Positions 44,254 through 57,548 of a stretch of 64,000 bases of DNA are shown piece after piece. The notes beneath the pieces are model-generated. The model ran no database searches. It was not told the DNA's origin and was given only the letters and a program-made list of their open reading frames with translations. Each line of letters opens with the position of its first letter. The stretch's first letter is position 1. The translations under genes were made by a program, and so were the position numbers. The DNA lies in the NCBI RefSeq assembly GCF_009914755.1, contig NC_060934.1. The stretch is one strand, 5' to 3'. Source of the stretch: the human T2T-CHM13v2.0 reference genome, Homo sapiens.

Positions 44254-44535
44254 TCCTGAATTGGATGGGGAGGATGGGGAAGGTGACATGTACCATCCAT
44301 GTGGAGCCCCTTCTCCCACCTCGGAGGATGAAGAGTATCTTACCATCAACTCTACATGCCAAGGCCAGCTACCCTGTGAAGAATGTTTGGAGGCAGATTC
44401 TGGGACCATTCCCTTGCCACAGTTCTGCTCTTGGGGCACTGTCCCAGAGTCTTTGCCTCCAGAAGAGTCCCCAGAGAGTGGGAGTGAATGGGAAGACCTG
44501 GAGGAGCCTGTGGCCCTGGAATACGGTGCCCTCAG
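44254..44535 (+). CDS. Candidate alternative/ancestral FRMPD2 coding exon (S-PELDGEDGEGD..ESGSEWEDLEEPVALEYGALR), phase 2 to 2
   Basis: Acceptor ttctgtattctag|T, donor CAG|gtgggt; 282 nt; in phase with the donor at 37303; protein-like acidic sequence inside the longest ORF of the window. Confidence 0.65.
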
Positions 44536-46728
44536 GTGGGTGTCACTCTGGCTGGGTGAACTGGGGCTGAGCTCTGACCAGAGCAGGGCTCAGTGCTATC
44601 AAGCCACTTCAACTGGGGGTGGGGGATGGTCTGTGGGCATTGCCCAGTTTCCCCTGCATCTTCTTTGGGGGTCATGCATCATTGTAATGGCCATTTTCAC
44701 AGAACACTTACCATGGCCCTTGCACCATGACAACGACCTACAACATGGGGACTGTCATCACCCCCATTTCACACATGACACATTTGGGGCTTTCCCAAGG
44801 TTATCCAATAAGTAAGTGACAGAACTAGAATTCAAACCTGATCGGTTCCCCACTCCACGGCCCACCTGTCGAGCACCCATCTGTTCTGCCTCCTATGTAC
44901 AGGAGTGTGCATCCCTCTCCTCAGGTCTCTCTCTTTTGGGGGTCTGAATGTCTAGTGCTGATTCCTGTTTTGCCTGCTCCTACCTGCCCCTCTGCTGGAT
45001 GTACTGCAGAGAAGAGTCTTGGTGTCCTGTCATAGGGCCCATCTTGTTGGACTGCTGTGGCTGAGTATAGACCAGCATCAGGAAAGTCTCACTGTTAATG
45101 CAAGGAGCCACCAGAAGCTGACCTGGTCACCAGGCAGGGTCAGAACATATTGATGAGGACACAGAAAAAGTAAGGGCAACAGAAACTGTCACACTGGGAA
45201 GAAGGGAGGTTAAATTCTGGGCAGGTCTGTAACCACTCAACATTCTGTTAAAGTACTTACAGTGTATATTTAAAAATGCTGAATGTTCCAAAAACTTTCA
45301 CATAAACACAGTTTCAAGGTCCACTGAAACTTAACGAGACAACAGTTTGAGAAGTTTCAAGTATAATTGAAACCCACTCCTTAACTTTCCTCCTATTGTG
45401 TCCCAGCTCCATTTTCCTGGCTGTACATAAGGAAGCTCAGCCACCACAAATGATTGAGCTGGAGCCTCAGAGGACAGTGGTGGGCCAGCTGATAAGGAGA
45501 GTGGATATTTGAAATTAAAATATAACAAAAGGGCTGGTTCTTATCTGAAATAGGAAGCAACAAGTTAATAGAGTGGAAGATTCAGAGGCTTTGAAGACTG
45601 TGCATGTTCATTTATGGGGAAGTACAACACTTTACAGCATTGGGAGTGTACGTTATGGATTCACAGAAATGTGGGCAAGCAGGAAGCAGCTTGTATGCAG
45701 GGGGCAGTCTTCTTGGAGCTGGCTCCGCAGGGCTGGGAAACAGAAAGAAGAAGGCTGAGCAATTGGTGGGGACCACAAGGGCCAGTCCACTGAGATCTGC
45801 AGTGCGTCTGAGCCAGCCGGGAAGAGAAAGGCAGAAGATGTGGCATTGTGGTTGGGGGAGCTCAGATTTGAAGCCTGGCCCTGCCACTCACTGGCTGGGA
45901 GACCTGCAGCACATGACTTTTAAACCATTCAATATGCAGCTGACTGCCAGATAACCAAACCCACTTCATGCGGTTATGACAACGCCAGGTGTGTAGTGGT
46001 AAGCGCTTAAAAAACATTAGCTATTTTTATCATCAATCACAAAGGAGAGAATTACTCCAGTGAGAAGATATAAGCTTTTTAATGCATTCAATCCTGTTGG
46101 GTTTTTTCCATGTAGTCAAAGAAACTAGACAGTTGGACTTGTGCCCTAACATGTGGTATGGGTCTGGGTGGGGAGAAGCACTCACCTATGGCAAGGGTGC
46201 CAGGCTCTACCATGCCCTCATCTATATATGGACTGTAGCATGGGCTGTGCTCAGGGTGAGTCCTGTTAGAATCACTGATCCTGCACAAAAAGGAGAACAG
46301 GTCTCACCCTCCCCTGCAGACAGAGGATGGGTGTGCCAACATGAGTGCCCAAGGCATGAGTTCTTAGTTTGGCTCCATGCAGCAGCCCACAGGTGTTCTT
46401 CATGGCATCTATGGGCTATTGCACCTAGAATGTTGACTTGTGTGCTTCTTTTGGGAAATACAGGTCTTAACAGCCTTTAAATTCTCCAAAGTGTCTATAA
46501 CCCCTATAAGCTGAACCCCCTCCACTGTATATATTATCTCATTTATAAAGAGGACTTTGCCTACAGAGCAGTGTAGCCTTTAAACCTAATCACCAATTAT
46601 TTCATTTGGTCCTTTTAGACATTAAGACAGTCATAGTGCGTCTTAAGGTAGTTTCTACATGTGATTTAACTTAATCCTTATGTCAGTTTTGAGTGATATT
46701 CTTATTTCTGTTTTTAAAGGGGGCTTAG

Positions 46729-47082
<354 letters not shown>

Positions 47083-47638
47083 TCACACTACATCTGTCTG
47101 CTTCTACTTTTGGTGGCTTTTCACATTTCCCCTAGAATGTGTCTTTCATGTGAATTTGTGTAACACAGGTCTTTCCATAAAGTGGCATGAGTCCTACTTT
47201 TCCTTCACAAAATATTTCTCTTTTATGAGGCTAAGGAAAACTCCCTTGCTCAGTGGGATTAAGAAGAGGACGGAACTGTTCTGTTTAGGGAAGGCTACTG
47301 GCAAAATGACGAGGTCACCCATTAAAAGCTGCTTATTGTTTTAGATAAACACAGAGAACAGCCGTCTTCCGAGGCAGAGACTGAGGGTTTCTGCATGGAG
47401 GTCCTTTGGACAGAAGAGCCCTCAGGTGACCTTGGTCCAAAGAGTGTACCCACCAGCTCTGCCACTGGGAAAGAAACCTGTAGGCTCCTGCAAAGGTGAC
47501 CTGGGATGAAGGGCCTGGCCCAGTTGTTAAGAGCTCACTTCAAGAAGAGCATGCTTGTCAATTCCAAGACTCATTTTGAATCATGGCTGTTGCCTCTCTT
47601 CAGTTCTGGGGTTTACGTCCAGCAAAGCTTTGTGCGCG

Positions 47639-47663
47639 TGTGTGTGTGTGTGTGTGTGTGTGT
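47639..47663. repeat. (TG)n microsatellite
   Basis: Seen directly. Confidence 0.9.
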
Positions 47664-48305
47664 GGGAAGGGGAGGTGGTGAGAAGGGGGTGGGGGCTTCC
47701 CTTTGTGAAAGGAATTGAGAACCAATCTCTTCCTCCAAGATACCCCAGGCAGGGTGAAGTCTTGCTGCAGCACTGGCACACACTCTCCGGGACAGATACA
47801 GTGTTGCAGGGTGCACTTCATAGTTCACCTTGGAACAAAGGAGTTTTATGGTTATCACAGTGGAAGGACTCTGTTAAGGGGCTTGGCTCCAAGGTTATGG
47901 GTGTAATATGTTTTGATATCTTTCTGTATCTTTTCTATACAACTCCACATAGCTATACATTCTTTTAAAAGGACTTTCCTTTTGGACTTTATACCTGATT
48001 CTACAAAGCATATGAAGGAAAAATAAGATGGGGATATCTAGTAAAGAAAGCAGAGTGATGTGTTAGATCCAGCATTACCCCATATTAGGACAAAGAACTA
48101 AAGACACATGGATTAGCAAATGCACAAAAGAAACACTGGGGGACCACAGGCAGGCCCAGGAGCATATCTGGTGCTGTGTAACAGAGAAAGCAGGGCAAAG
48201 TTGGGGTCTCAGCATAGGGGAAGGGGAGACAACTTCATTGATACAACTGGGAGAGCTGGAAAAATGATTCAGTTTCAAAGCCCACTTCATCTACTAGAAT
48301 CACAT

Positions 48306-48308
<3 letters not shown>

Positions 48309-48343
<35 letters not shown>
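48309..48343. repeat. (CA)n microsatellite
   Basis: Seen directly. Confidence 0.95.
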
Positions 48344-48344
<1 letters not shown>

Positions 48345-50239
48345 CAGAGAAAGACTGGTAGGAAACAGGCTCTCGTTTTATCAGATCTGCAGAGGAATGA
48401 TCACTCTTCCAGCTTACTGCAGTAGACCAAAAGTATAACAACAGAAAACCTACAAAGCTGACAATATTGAAAAAGTTTAAACTTCCATACAATAATAATG
48501 ACAAAACTCATGTAAAAAGAATAGCAATGGGTTGGGAAAGCATTTACATAATTGTGAACAAAGATTAATATTTTTAATATTTAGAAAGCCCATTTTAATT
48601 TATAATAGATCAATACAGGATTTCCATAGACAAAATATACGATAAAATACAAATGGCCAACAAACACACAAAATATTCTAACCAAAACAATGTCAATATA
48701 CTGATTTGCATTCATTACATTCATAAAATTTAAAAAAACTGTCCAATGCTGGCAAAATTTTGCTGAAGCTGGCATATTCAGAAATATCAAAAGCTATAAA
48801 AATGGGTATACCCACTCACCCAACAATGAAATCCCTGAGAATTATCCCACAGAAATAATCCAGAATAAGAAAAAAATCAATTTATTTAAAAATGTTCACT
48901 GTAGTGCTCTTGATAAAAACAACAAATTGGAATTGGCTGAAATGCATTAGAATAATGATAACATTAGAGAAAATGATGGTACAATAGCATAATAGAATAC
49001 TGCACTGCCAAGAAAGTAATATAACTACGAAGAACTCGCAACTTAGTAAAGTGTTTGATATAATAACTCAGAATTACATGCTGGTTACAACTATGGAATG
49101 CCTCGCAGGCACAAGGAGAAGCACCGTGAACAGAGGGGAGGCTCAGCAATGGAACAGAAATTGACCAAAGTTTGGGTGATGGGATTAGGAGAATACACTT
49201 TATTTTGTTAAAAATTACCTTTATATATCTATTACTTATATAATAAATTTTACATTGAAAATAAAGAGACTGAAACTGCAAAATAAGAGAAGGAAAGCAA
49301 CAATAACCAACCAAACAAAAACAAAGACTAAGATTAAAAAAGCCTGTGCTCTAAAATCTAATTCATGAACTCTCCTCTATGTTCTTTTGTTTCTAATTTT
49401 TCTGTTCTCCTTATGACAGAAAAATCTTATGGGTCATTTGGCTTCTTCTGCTATTAATGAAAAAGATGTTTCCAGGGATCTGAACAGCCTTGTTCTAAAT
49501 TCTCTCAGAGCTGAGGCCAGCTCCCCTGGTGCATCATTACAGTTTCACAGGCCTCAAGGTTAGGGAACTAATCAAGTATGCAATGAAGTGATTAAATAAC
49601 AGTATTTACAATTTAGGAACTGCTCACATTCTGCTGAACATTGGTTGCTTATTTCCTCTTTGGAAAAGAAATTGGTGGATACAGGCTCAAAATACATCTG
49701 GTCCTCCTCCTTGTAGGAAAGGACCACCCTTGACTCCCAGGCTGCTATACTCATTTTGAGCCATATATCAGGAAGAACATGTTAATTTGTCTTAGGTGGA
49801 CTCAATTGCAGCTACCACTTGCTTTGTTTCAGGGCAAATGTCAGAAAGAACAGCTAATTCCTAGGAGACTCAGCTCAGCGCCTGCACACTGCTTCCATTG
49901 TTGGCTGCTACATGCTACAAACCTGGCTGTGCTTGAGGATCAACTATAGCAGGTGTTCAAAATACAGATTCACTGGCCTCATCCCGGAGATTCTGAATCA
50001 GTAGGGCTGAGATGAAGCCCAGAAATCTGTACTTTTACCAAGCTCAGCAGATGGTTGTTTCTGTGGCCAGATTTAAGGACAACTGATCCAAACTCTTCAA
50101 GACTTCACTTGGCCTTCCCATCCTTCCTCCCTGCCATAAATATTTATGAAGCTCCTATTATGTGCCAGCACACCGTTGTTACGAGGTTGCTAAAGCATAT
50201 ACATATTCAGCACTAAATTGTAGTGCAAAAGTGGGCTTC

Positions 50240-51770
50240 CAAACTCAACATAGTAAAAGCATCAATTCTCCCCAAATTAATTTTATAGGTCCAATGCAAT
50301 TCTTACCAAAATCCTAGCAAGGTATTTTGTAATCATAGATGAGTTTATTCTGAAATTAATTTTATAAATTTTATTGTATATTCATAATGTAATTTACATT
50401 ATACAAATAAAAATATCTTCTGAAACTTATTTGAAAATGCACAAGCACTAGAATAGCTATAATCTTCAAAAAGTAGAGTGGAGTGGGAGGAATCACTGTA
50501 ATTAATATTAAGGCTTACTATATAGCTACAGTAATAGTGAGACAGAAAGATGGACACATAGATCAATGGAACAGAATAGATAATCCAGAAATAGACCCAC
50601 ACAAATATTCCCAACTGATATTTGACAAAATGCAGGAGAAATTCAATGAGGAAAGAATTGCTTTTTCAATAAATGGTGCTGGAACAATAGGACATCCGTA
50701 GATGAAAAAAAAAAAAAAAAAGATCATTGACATTAAACCTCACACCTTGTACAAAAATGAACTCCATATGGATCCTGGACTTACATGTCAATGCAAAACT
50801 ATATGATTTTTAGGGAAAAAAAGGGGAAGAAAATCATTGGGATCTAAGGCTAGGCAAAGAGTTCTCAGACTTGACACCAAAAGCATGATCTGTAAAAAGA
50901 AAAGGAAAACTTGACAAATTGTTTTTTGTTTATTCTTTTTCTCTGTAAAAAGTCTCTGTTAAGAGGATAAAAGATCCAAGCAACAAATGAGGAGGAAGTA
51001 TCCGGAACAAAGGACTAGTATTTAGAATACATAAAGAACTCACAAAACTCAACCTTGACAAAAGAAAAAAATCCCATTAGAAAATAAGAAAAATACATGA
51101 ATGGATATTTCACTGAAGATAATATACAGATGGCAAATAAGCACATGAAAAGATGCTCAACTTCAATTAGCCACTGGGGAAATGCAAACTAAACTACAAT
51201 AAGATATCTCCACATATGTATCAGGATGGTCAAATAAAAAATAAGGACAACACCTAATGCTGCTGAGGACATGGAGAAAGGGGATTGCTCATACATTGCT
51301 CATGGGAATGTAAAATAGTGTATACATTGTGGAAAATGGTTTGATTGGGTCTTACGAAACTAAACACACGATCACCATAAGACCCAGCAATTGCACCTTG
51401 GGTATTTATCCTAGAGAAATTAAGATTTGTGTTTATACAAAAACCTTTACGAAAATATTCATAGCAACTTAACTTGTAATGACCCCAAATGAGAAAGAAC
51501 CCAGATATCCTTCAAATAAGTGAATGGCTAAGTAACATGTGGTAATCCATATCAAAAGAAATAACTATTGATACTCACAACAACTTCTATGAAACTCCAG
51601 AGAGTTATGTGGAATGAGAAAATGCCAATCCCCAAAGGTAGTACAAGTATGATTCAATTTATAGAACATTCTTAAAATGACAAAATTATGGAAATGGAGA
51701 ATGGATTAGTGGTTACAAGAAGTTAAGGAGAGGTGGGGGAGAAGGGAAGGCCCAATTGGCTTTAAGGCAA
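50240..51770 (+). mobile_element. Old L1 (L1M) ORF2 3' end plus 3' UTR
   Basis: ORF 50483-50701 [42 protein letters not shown] resembles L1 ORF2p; frameshifts and stops around it. Confidence 0.88.
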
Positions 51771-52211
51771 CCCTTCTTGCTAGGGACAGAAGTCATAGTT
51801 AAATTTAAGCCAGTGAAACACACAAATATTTCATAGGGACTTTTAGAAAAGTGCCCACACATCTTTAGGGAAAATTTCCAGAAGCAATTATTTATCTACC
51901 CCACTGTATAGCTTCTGACAGCCTTTCCATGACCTTAAAAGGGATCTGTCTTCAAAGGAAGCCAAGCGAAATCAACACTCTGGATGCCAGAGCAGGAAGA
52001 ATGGCGAGAACTGGGGTCCCAGTTGTTATAACTGAATCAACCAACTGAACCCTGTCATGCAGCGGGACTTGGAGCTCCTGTGGCAATCAGTCTATGCATG
52101 CTTAAGCCAGCTTAAGTTGCTCTGCCTGTTTCTTGCAAATGAAAACTTTCTTACACAAGAGATTATCAACCATCTTTCCTCAAATTTTGTCCTTGGAGCC
52201 CTCTCTGTCTA

Positions 52212-52648
<437 letters not shown>

Positions 52649-54289
52649 TTAGCAGTGTTACTGTAGACAGTATGCTTTTTCTAAAGTACTTGCCAGTGCG
52701 AATCTGGTAGTCTTGACCACAGCTGTGGGTGGAGGCTGCTCTTCCTAGAAGAGTTTTGTCGGAACCTGCCAGCCTTCAAGCCCTGCACCAGGCTCTTTGT
52801 GTTGTAGCCCATGTAACCCTCACCCTACACCTGTGGAGTAGGCATCTGTGGTAGTCACACAGGGCCCCTTTGTGGTGGAGCAGGGCCATGTGATTTCCAA
52901 CCACGGAGCTGTGAGGAGAGGCATGGATTGCCAATTCCATGCCGGTGTATTTAATTGCAGGTGGACGACCCACCAGAGTGCTCCTTCCATCTGTCACCAA
53001 GATCCTAATGTGATCACAGACAGTGGGCGTGCCATCAGCCTGTGTGCTAAGTCAGGGAGCAGGGAGCAGAGTGGCCAGCTGACCCTCACTGCATATGCAC
53101 TGAGAGCAAGAAGGAAACCTTTACTGATACAGGTGGCTAAGATTCAGGGTTTATCTATTACAGCAGCATAATCTAGTTTATTCTGACTCGTACACTGCAA
53201 GGGTCATTTTTATAGATGAGGAAATTGAGACCCAGAGAAGTTCAATAATTTGTCTGAGGCCACAAGTAGATAAAGGCACTGAAATAAAACCCAGGCCTAT
53301 GCCCTTCTCACTCAATCATGCTGCCCACCTAAGGACCTGGCAAGCTGTTTTGTATTCTTTTATGATGTGGTCAGTCAGGTGTGGCCACAAGAAGAGACCC
53401 AGGACAGGCTCAGGAAAATAAAGTTTATGATACACACAGGTCCTAGAAACAGGAGGCATTCCATGCCACTCCACATGGGAAAGACATCAGGGTGGTCAGG
53501 AGGCAGAAGACAGGTGAGGGGGCCACCTAGGCCATAGCTTTTACCGGGTTTCCATGGGAAAGGCAAGGCAAGGCAGGGTGAACAGCTTAGGACTAGCTAG
53601 TTTGAATCATTCCAGCGGGCTTTGGCTCTAGGCACGGTTTCTAGTTGTCTTGTACCTGGCCCTGGGATGATTAAGGAGAGGAATATGGTCTCTGGAGCGT
53701 AGGGCCAGATAGAGATGTAGCTCTGTGCTGGTTAGTTTGTATATCAAATGCATGCTCCTGTCTTCAGTCTCCTGGCCACCCTGGTGTCTTCCCCATGTGG
53801 TCCTGTGTGGCCTGCTGTGCCTGCTGTCTCTAGGACCCAAGAGTATAATAGGTTTTGTGTTCCTGAGCACTAAGTCTCCCCTTGTGGCCTCACCTGATTG
53901 ATGAACTCATAAAAGAATACAAAACCCAAACCAGGAAGAATGTCTGGCTCTCAAGACCGAATTAGAAACCACCTTGAGAAATGAGAAAAAAAGATGAGAA
54001 ATTTTTTTACTTTGAATGGAAGATTCTCTGAACATTGCTTATTAACCTACTTAGTGCACACCAAAGAGGTCTCCACTTTCATCATGCCTCTCCACCCAGC
54101 ATGCTCAGAGGCAAATAAGACCAGGTACTCTCCTGCTGAATATCGTTCACCTGCAATCCTATGGGATAAAGTTCAAATTTCTTAGCATGGCATGTGAAAC
54201 TCTCCAGTATCTGGCTATAACCTAGTTCTCCAATTCCAATCCCAGCTCTTGGACCATCTCCAAACTCTCTCTTGCAGTCATTTGGAGCT

Positions 54290-54981
54290 CCTGGTAGGTA
54301 GCTAGTCAGGCAGGAGCAGAGCAGGAGAGGGCTACCCCCACCAACAAGAAATGTCAGGCAACCAACAGGTGATGGTCAGGCAATTGTCACATTGCCTCTC
54401 TGAAAGAATAATTGGTCACAGCCAGCACCAGAGAGAGGCAGCTTCCCAATAGATAAAAACATCTGTAACTGGCAGCTTTCAGGAATTGGGCAAGTGGGCT
54501 CAAGCATGCACATTAACGGGCAAAATGGCAGAGTATGACCTTCCAGAGGCATTCCACCAGGAAAGGGAAGAAAGCCTCAGGTGAACATGCGTACAGCTCC
54601 ACTAAACACACTGCCCATGCTCACCTCCCAGGTGCTAGTAGGCCACTGTGCATGTGGGTAGCTCACCCTGAGAGAAAAATCAAGGGAAATGGGGTGCAAA
54701 ATGCTGGAAGTCGGTCAGCATATGAAATCCTAGGTTCAAGGTCAAATGGGGCACTTGTCCTTCAAGTTGCCCACCTGGGCCTCTTCCAAGTGTACTTTCT
54801 TTCCTTTTGTTCCTGCTCTAAAGCCTTTTAATGAACTTTCACTCCTGCTCTAACACTTGTCTTGGCCTCTCCTTCTGCCTTATGCACCTCAGATTCTTTC
54901 TTCTGAGGAGGCAAGAGTTGAGATTGCTGCAGACCCATACAGGTTTGCCACCGATAACCTAGATAACTTCCACCACTAACA
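54290..54981 (+). mobile_element. MER50-family LTR (ERV1)
   Basis: gaaatgtcaggcaaccaacaggtgatggtcagg..ttctttcttctgaggaggcaagag..gctgcagaccc signature. Confidence 0.8.
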
Positions 54982-56244
54982 CACCCATGAGGGTTTATAA
55001 AAAATTGAGGCCAGGAGTAGAAAATTCCTCTGAAAAGAGTTGTTGGAATGCTATGACATTTCCCCTTCCATACCTCTTTCCCCTCCTTGTGGAGGGGAGA
55101 GGAATGAGGTACCTCTCCTTTCCCTCCAGCCACATGAGAAAGACTGCTCAAATCATATACAGGGTTTGACATGTGTCTTCTGAAAGGGCTTGGTGTCTGG
55201 AACATCCCTGAGCAATCTCATGGTGAGAGGTGATGACGGCAACAACATGTCTGGCGGGAGAGCAAAGAGAAAGAGGATGGCGCTAGGAGTGAACCGCCAA
55301 TCCCCGTGTCAGGGCAAGGGCGCGGATGCCCTTTTTATGTAGGCAAGTAAGCTGCAGGCAGGTCATAGCCTGTAAAACAAGCAGGGGTGATGTTGACCCC
55401 AGCAGAGAGAGAGCCAGAGCCTCAGCTCACACAGAGCATGCATTAGGGGGAATCACAAAAAGGCATCCACCTGTAGCTTATGAATTACACAAAGGTGGCC
55501 CTTCCTTTCCTGTGCAGCCCATTATTGGGGCACAAAACCATGCCTACAACTCAGCCTCCACTTACTCATTTGTCTGGTACCTTTATTCATGGCACAAATT
55601 ACATAAACAGATTGGTAGCCCTGGATGGGCCAAGGAATGGTCTTGTAAGTAGCTGGGCAGAGGCAACATCACTGGGCATGGGTTTGTACTCAGAGATCTT
55701 CTGCAGGGGAATTCCTGAGAAAACACAAGATTGTCTCACAGAAGAAATGGCCAGCTCAAAATATCTGCTGAGCCCAGGGGGCCCATTGCTGAAGGACTCC
55801 AGCTGTAGAGGTGTCAGACACCCACTGAGTCTGGAGGGCCTGGGTGTGAAGCTGGGTGAGAAAGGAGAAATTGATGGTACCCATTTCTCAGGCTGAAGGT
55901 GAAGAGAGCCTAACAATTAGATAAGTCAGAGGGAATCTTAAACTGAAATGGGAATATTCTGGGTGTTCAAAGTTATAAACCAGCCCAAGATTTCATCTGC
56001 ACGGGCCCAGGGGAAAAAAGCATCTGGGCATTGAGTTCAAATGGCATTGGAAAGAAATTTGCACTCTGTTAGGTCCAGCTAATGAGATGCAGTTCAATGA
56101 AGACATCTGTATTCTTGCTGTAAAGCACAGGGCTTGGCGCAGACCAAGGAATGACTCATAAGGATTAAAAGGCATGAAACCAGGTTCTTTCTTAGAATTT
56201 GGCAGTCTTTGCACTTCACTTTCTGCCACATCATTATTTTACAG

Positions 56245-56430
56245 TTAGTACGTAGAGCTGGAAGTGGAGGGCAGGACATTTATGTTCAAGGGTTTGTGGC
56301 AGGCTCTCCTGCCAGCTGAGCAGCTCTCTCCTGTCGAAGTCTATGGATTCTCTCTCCTTGTGGTGTGTGCACGCAGAGCCATGGGCTGGCTGAAGCTGCA
56401 AATGGATGAGCAGCCAACAAATTGATCAAT
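56245..56430 (+). pseudogene. Decayed PDZ-domain exon
   Basis: After ttattttacag| it reads LVRRAGSGGQDIYVQGFVAGSPAS*AALSCRSLWILSPCGVCTQSHGLAEAANG*AANKLIN, colinear without gaps with PDZ2 of this window; two in-frame TGA. Confidence 0.6.
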
Positions 56431-57169
56431 CTATTAATATTTATTGGGCATCTGCCGTGTGTCAGGCTCAGGGACCAGGCAGCCGGGGATTCACAACAAG
56501 ATAAATGTATGTCCTTGTGCTCTTTAAATAGTTTTCTACCTCCACTGGGATTTTTACTGGCATTGAAATCTCCACAGTTTATTTTTATAGAGTCTTTTAT
56601 GTGAAGTGTCTCAAAGCAGGGCAGAGAGAAACAGACAGAGAGGCCCCCACGGCTTCTTCCAAGCTCATGGTCCTCATCAACTCACACTTAACAGGGCTGG
56701 GTGTGAAGCATACCATTCCCAAATGAACCAGGCTGCAAAGCACAGGCCTGAAGCAGGCGGTCCTGTGAAGGGTAATGTCAATGAAGTGATTATTTTTTTC
56801 TGTCAGTATTGTTCTTAGTTATCTTCTGTTCCTGGGCTCCAAGCCTGAATTAGAAAACTCTGAACTCGAGCATAGGCCTTGGGATCTCTCCTGAGGTCCT
56901 GAGTTCCAGCTATCCACTGGGGTCCTCCTGACTGTATCTGGGGACCCATGGCTTGGAGGAGGGTATGTTTGGCAGTAAGTTCTTATACTTGTAAGGAGTA
57001 GATGAGCCCTACCTCAGCAGAGAGCAGACATTGGCACGGCCCTCAAGGTCCATCTCAGAGGGCGTCTGGGTATCCGGATCAAGGCCAAGGACTGCAAAGA
57101 CAAAAATTCCAAACCCAGCATTACCTCCCTGTGCTGGCCAATTCTGCTCCTCCAGCTGAGCCTTCCCAG

Positions 57170-57548
57170 TGTGATGATTTGAATGTTTGTCCCCTCCCAC
57201 ACTCATGTATTAATATTCAAAGAAATTTGGTTGCTGCTGTGGCAGTGTTAGGAGGTGGGACCTTCGGGAGGTGAAAGGACCATGAGGACTCTGTCCTTCT
57301 GGGTGAGATTAATGCTATTAGAAGAGGGTGAGTTTGCCTTCCTTTTTCCTATTTGCTCTCTGCCTTCTGCCACATGAGGACACAATGTTCCTCTCCTCTG
57401 GAGGATGCAGCAAGAAGACTCACACCAGATGCTGGCACCTGATCTTGGACTTCCCATTCTCCAGAACTGTGAGAAAAAAATGTTTTGTTCTTTACAAATT
57501 ATCCAGGCTCAGGAATTCTGTTATAGCAGCACAAAACAGACTAAGACA
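57170..57548 (+). mobile_element. MaLR solo LTR (MST/MLT1A-like)
   Basis: tgtgatgatttgaatgtttgtccc..aacagactaagaca with a perfect 5-bp TSD cccag. Confidence 0.88.

Noticed and set aside
43871-44815. 314-aa ORF as a stand-alone single-exon gene
   Set aside because: Starts at a non-ATG codon inside the FRMPD2B 3' UTR; the flanks look like UTR/MIR-like sequence; only the splice-bounded core 44254-44535 looks protein-like
45554-45718. PDZ-like phrase ALGVYVMDSQKCGQAGSSLYAGGSLL
   Set aside because: Spacing does not fit a PDZ without several indels, and there is no GLGF-type loop or donor site
47345-47500. Acceptor ttattgttttag followed by two open frames (INTENSRL.. / DKHREQPSSEAE..)
   Set aside because: The phase matching the 44535 donor hits TAA immediately; similarity to PDZ is too weak to support
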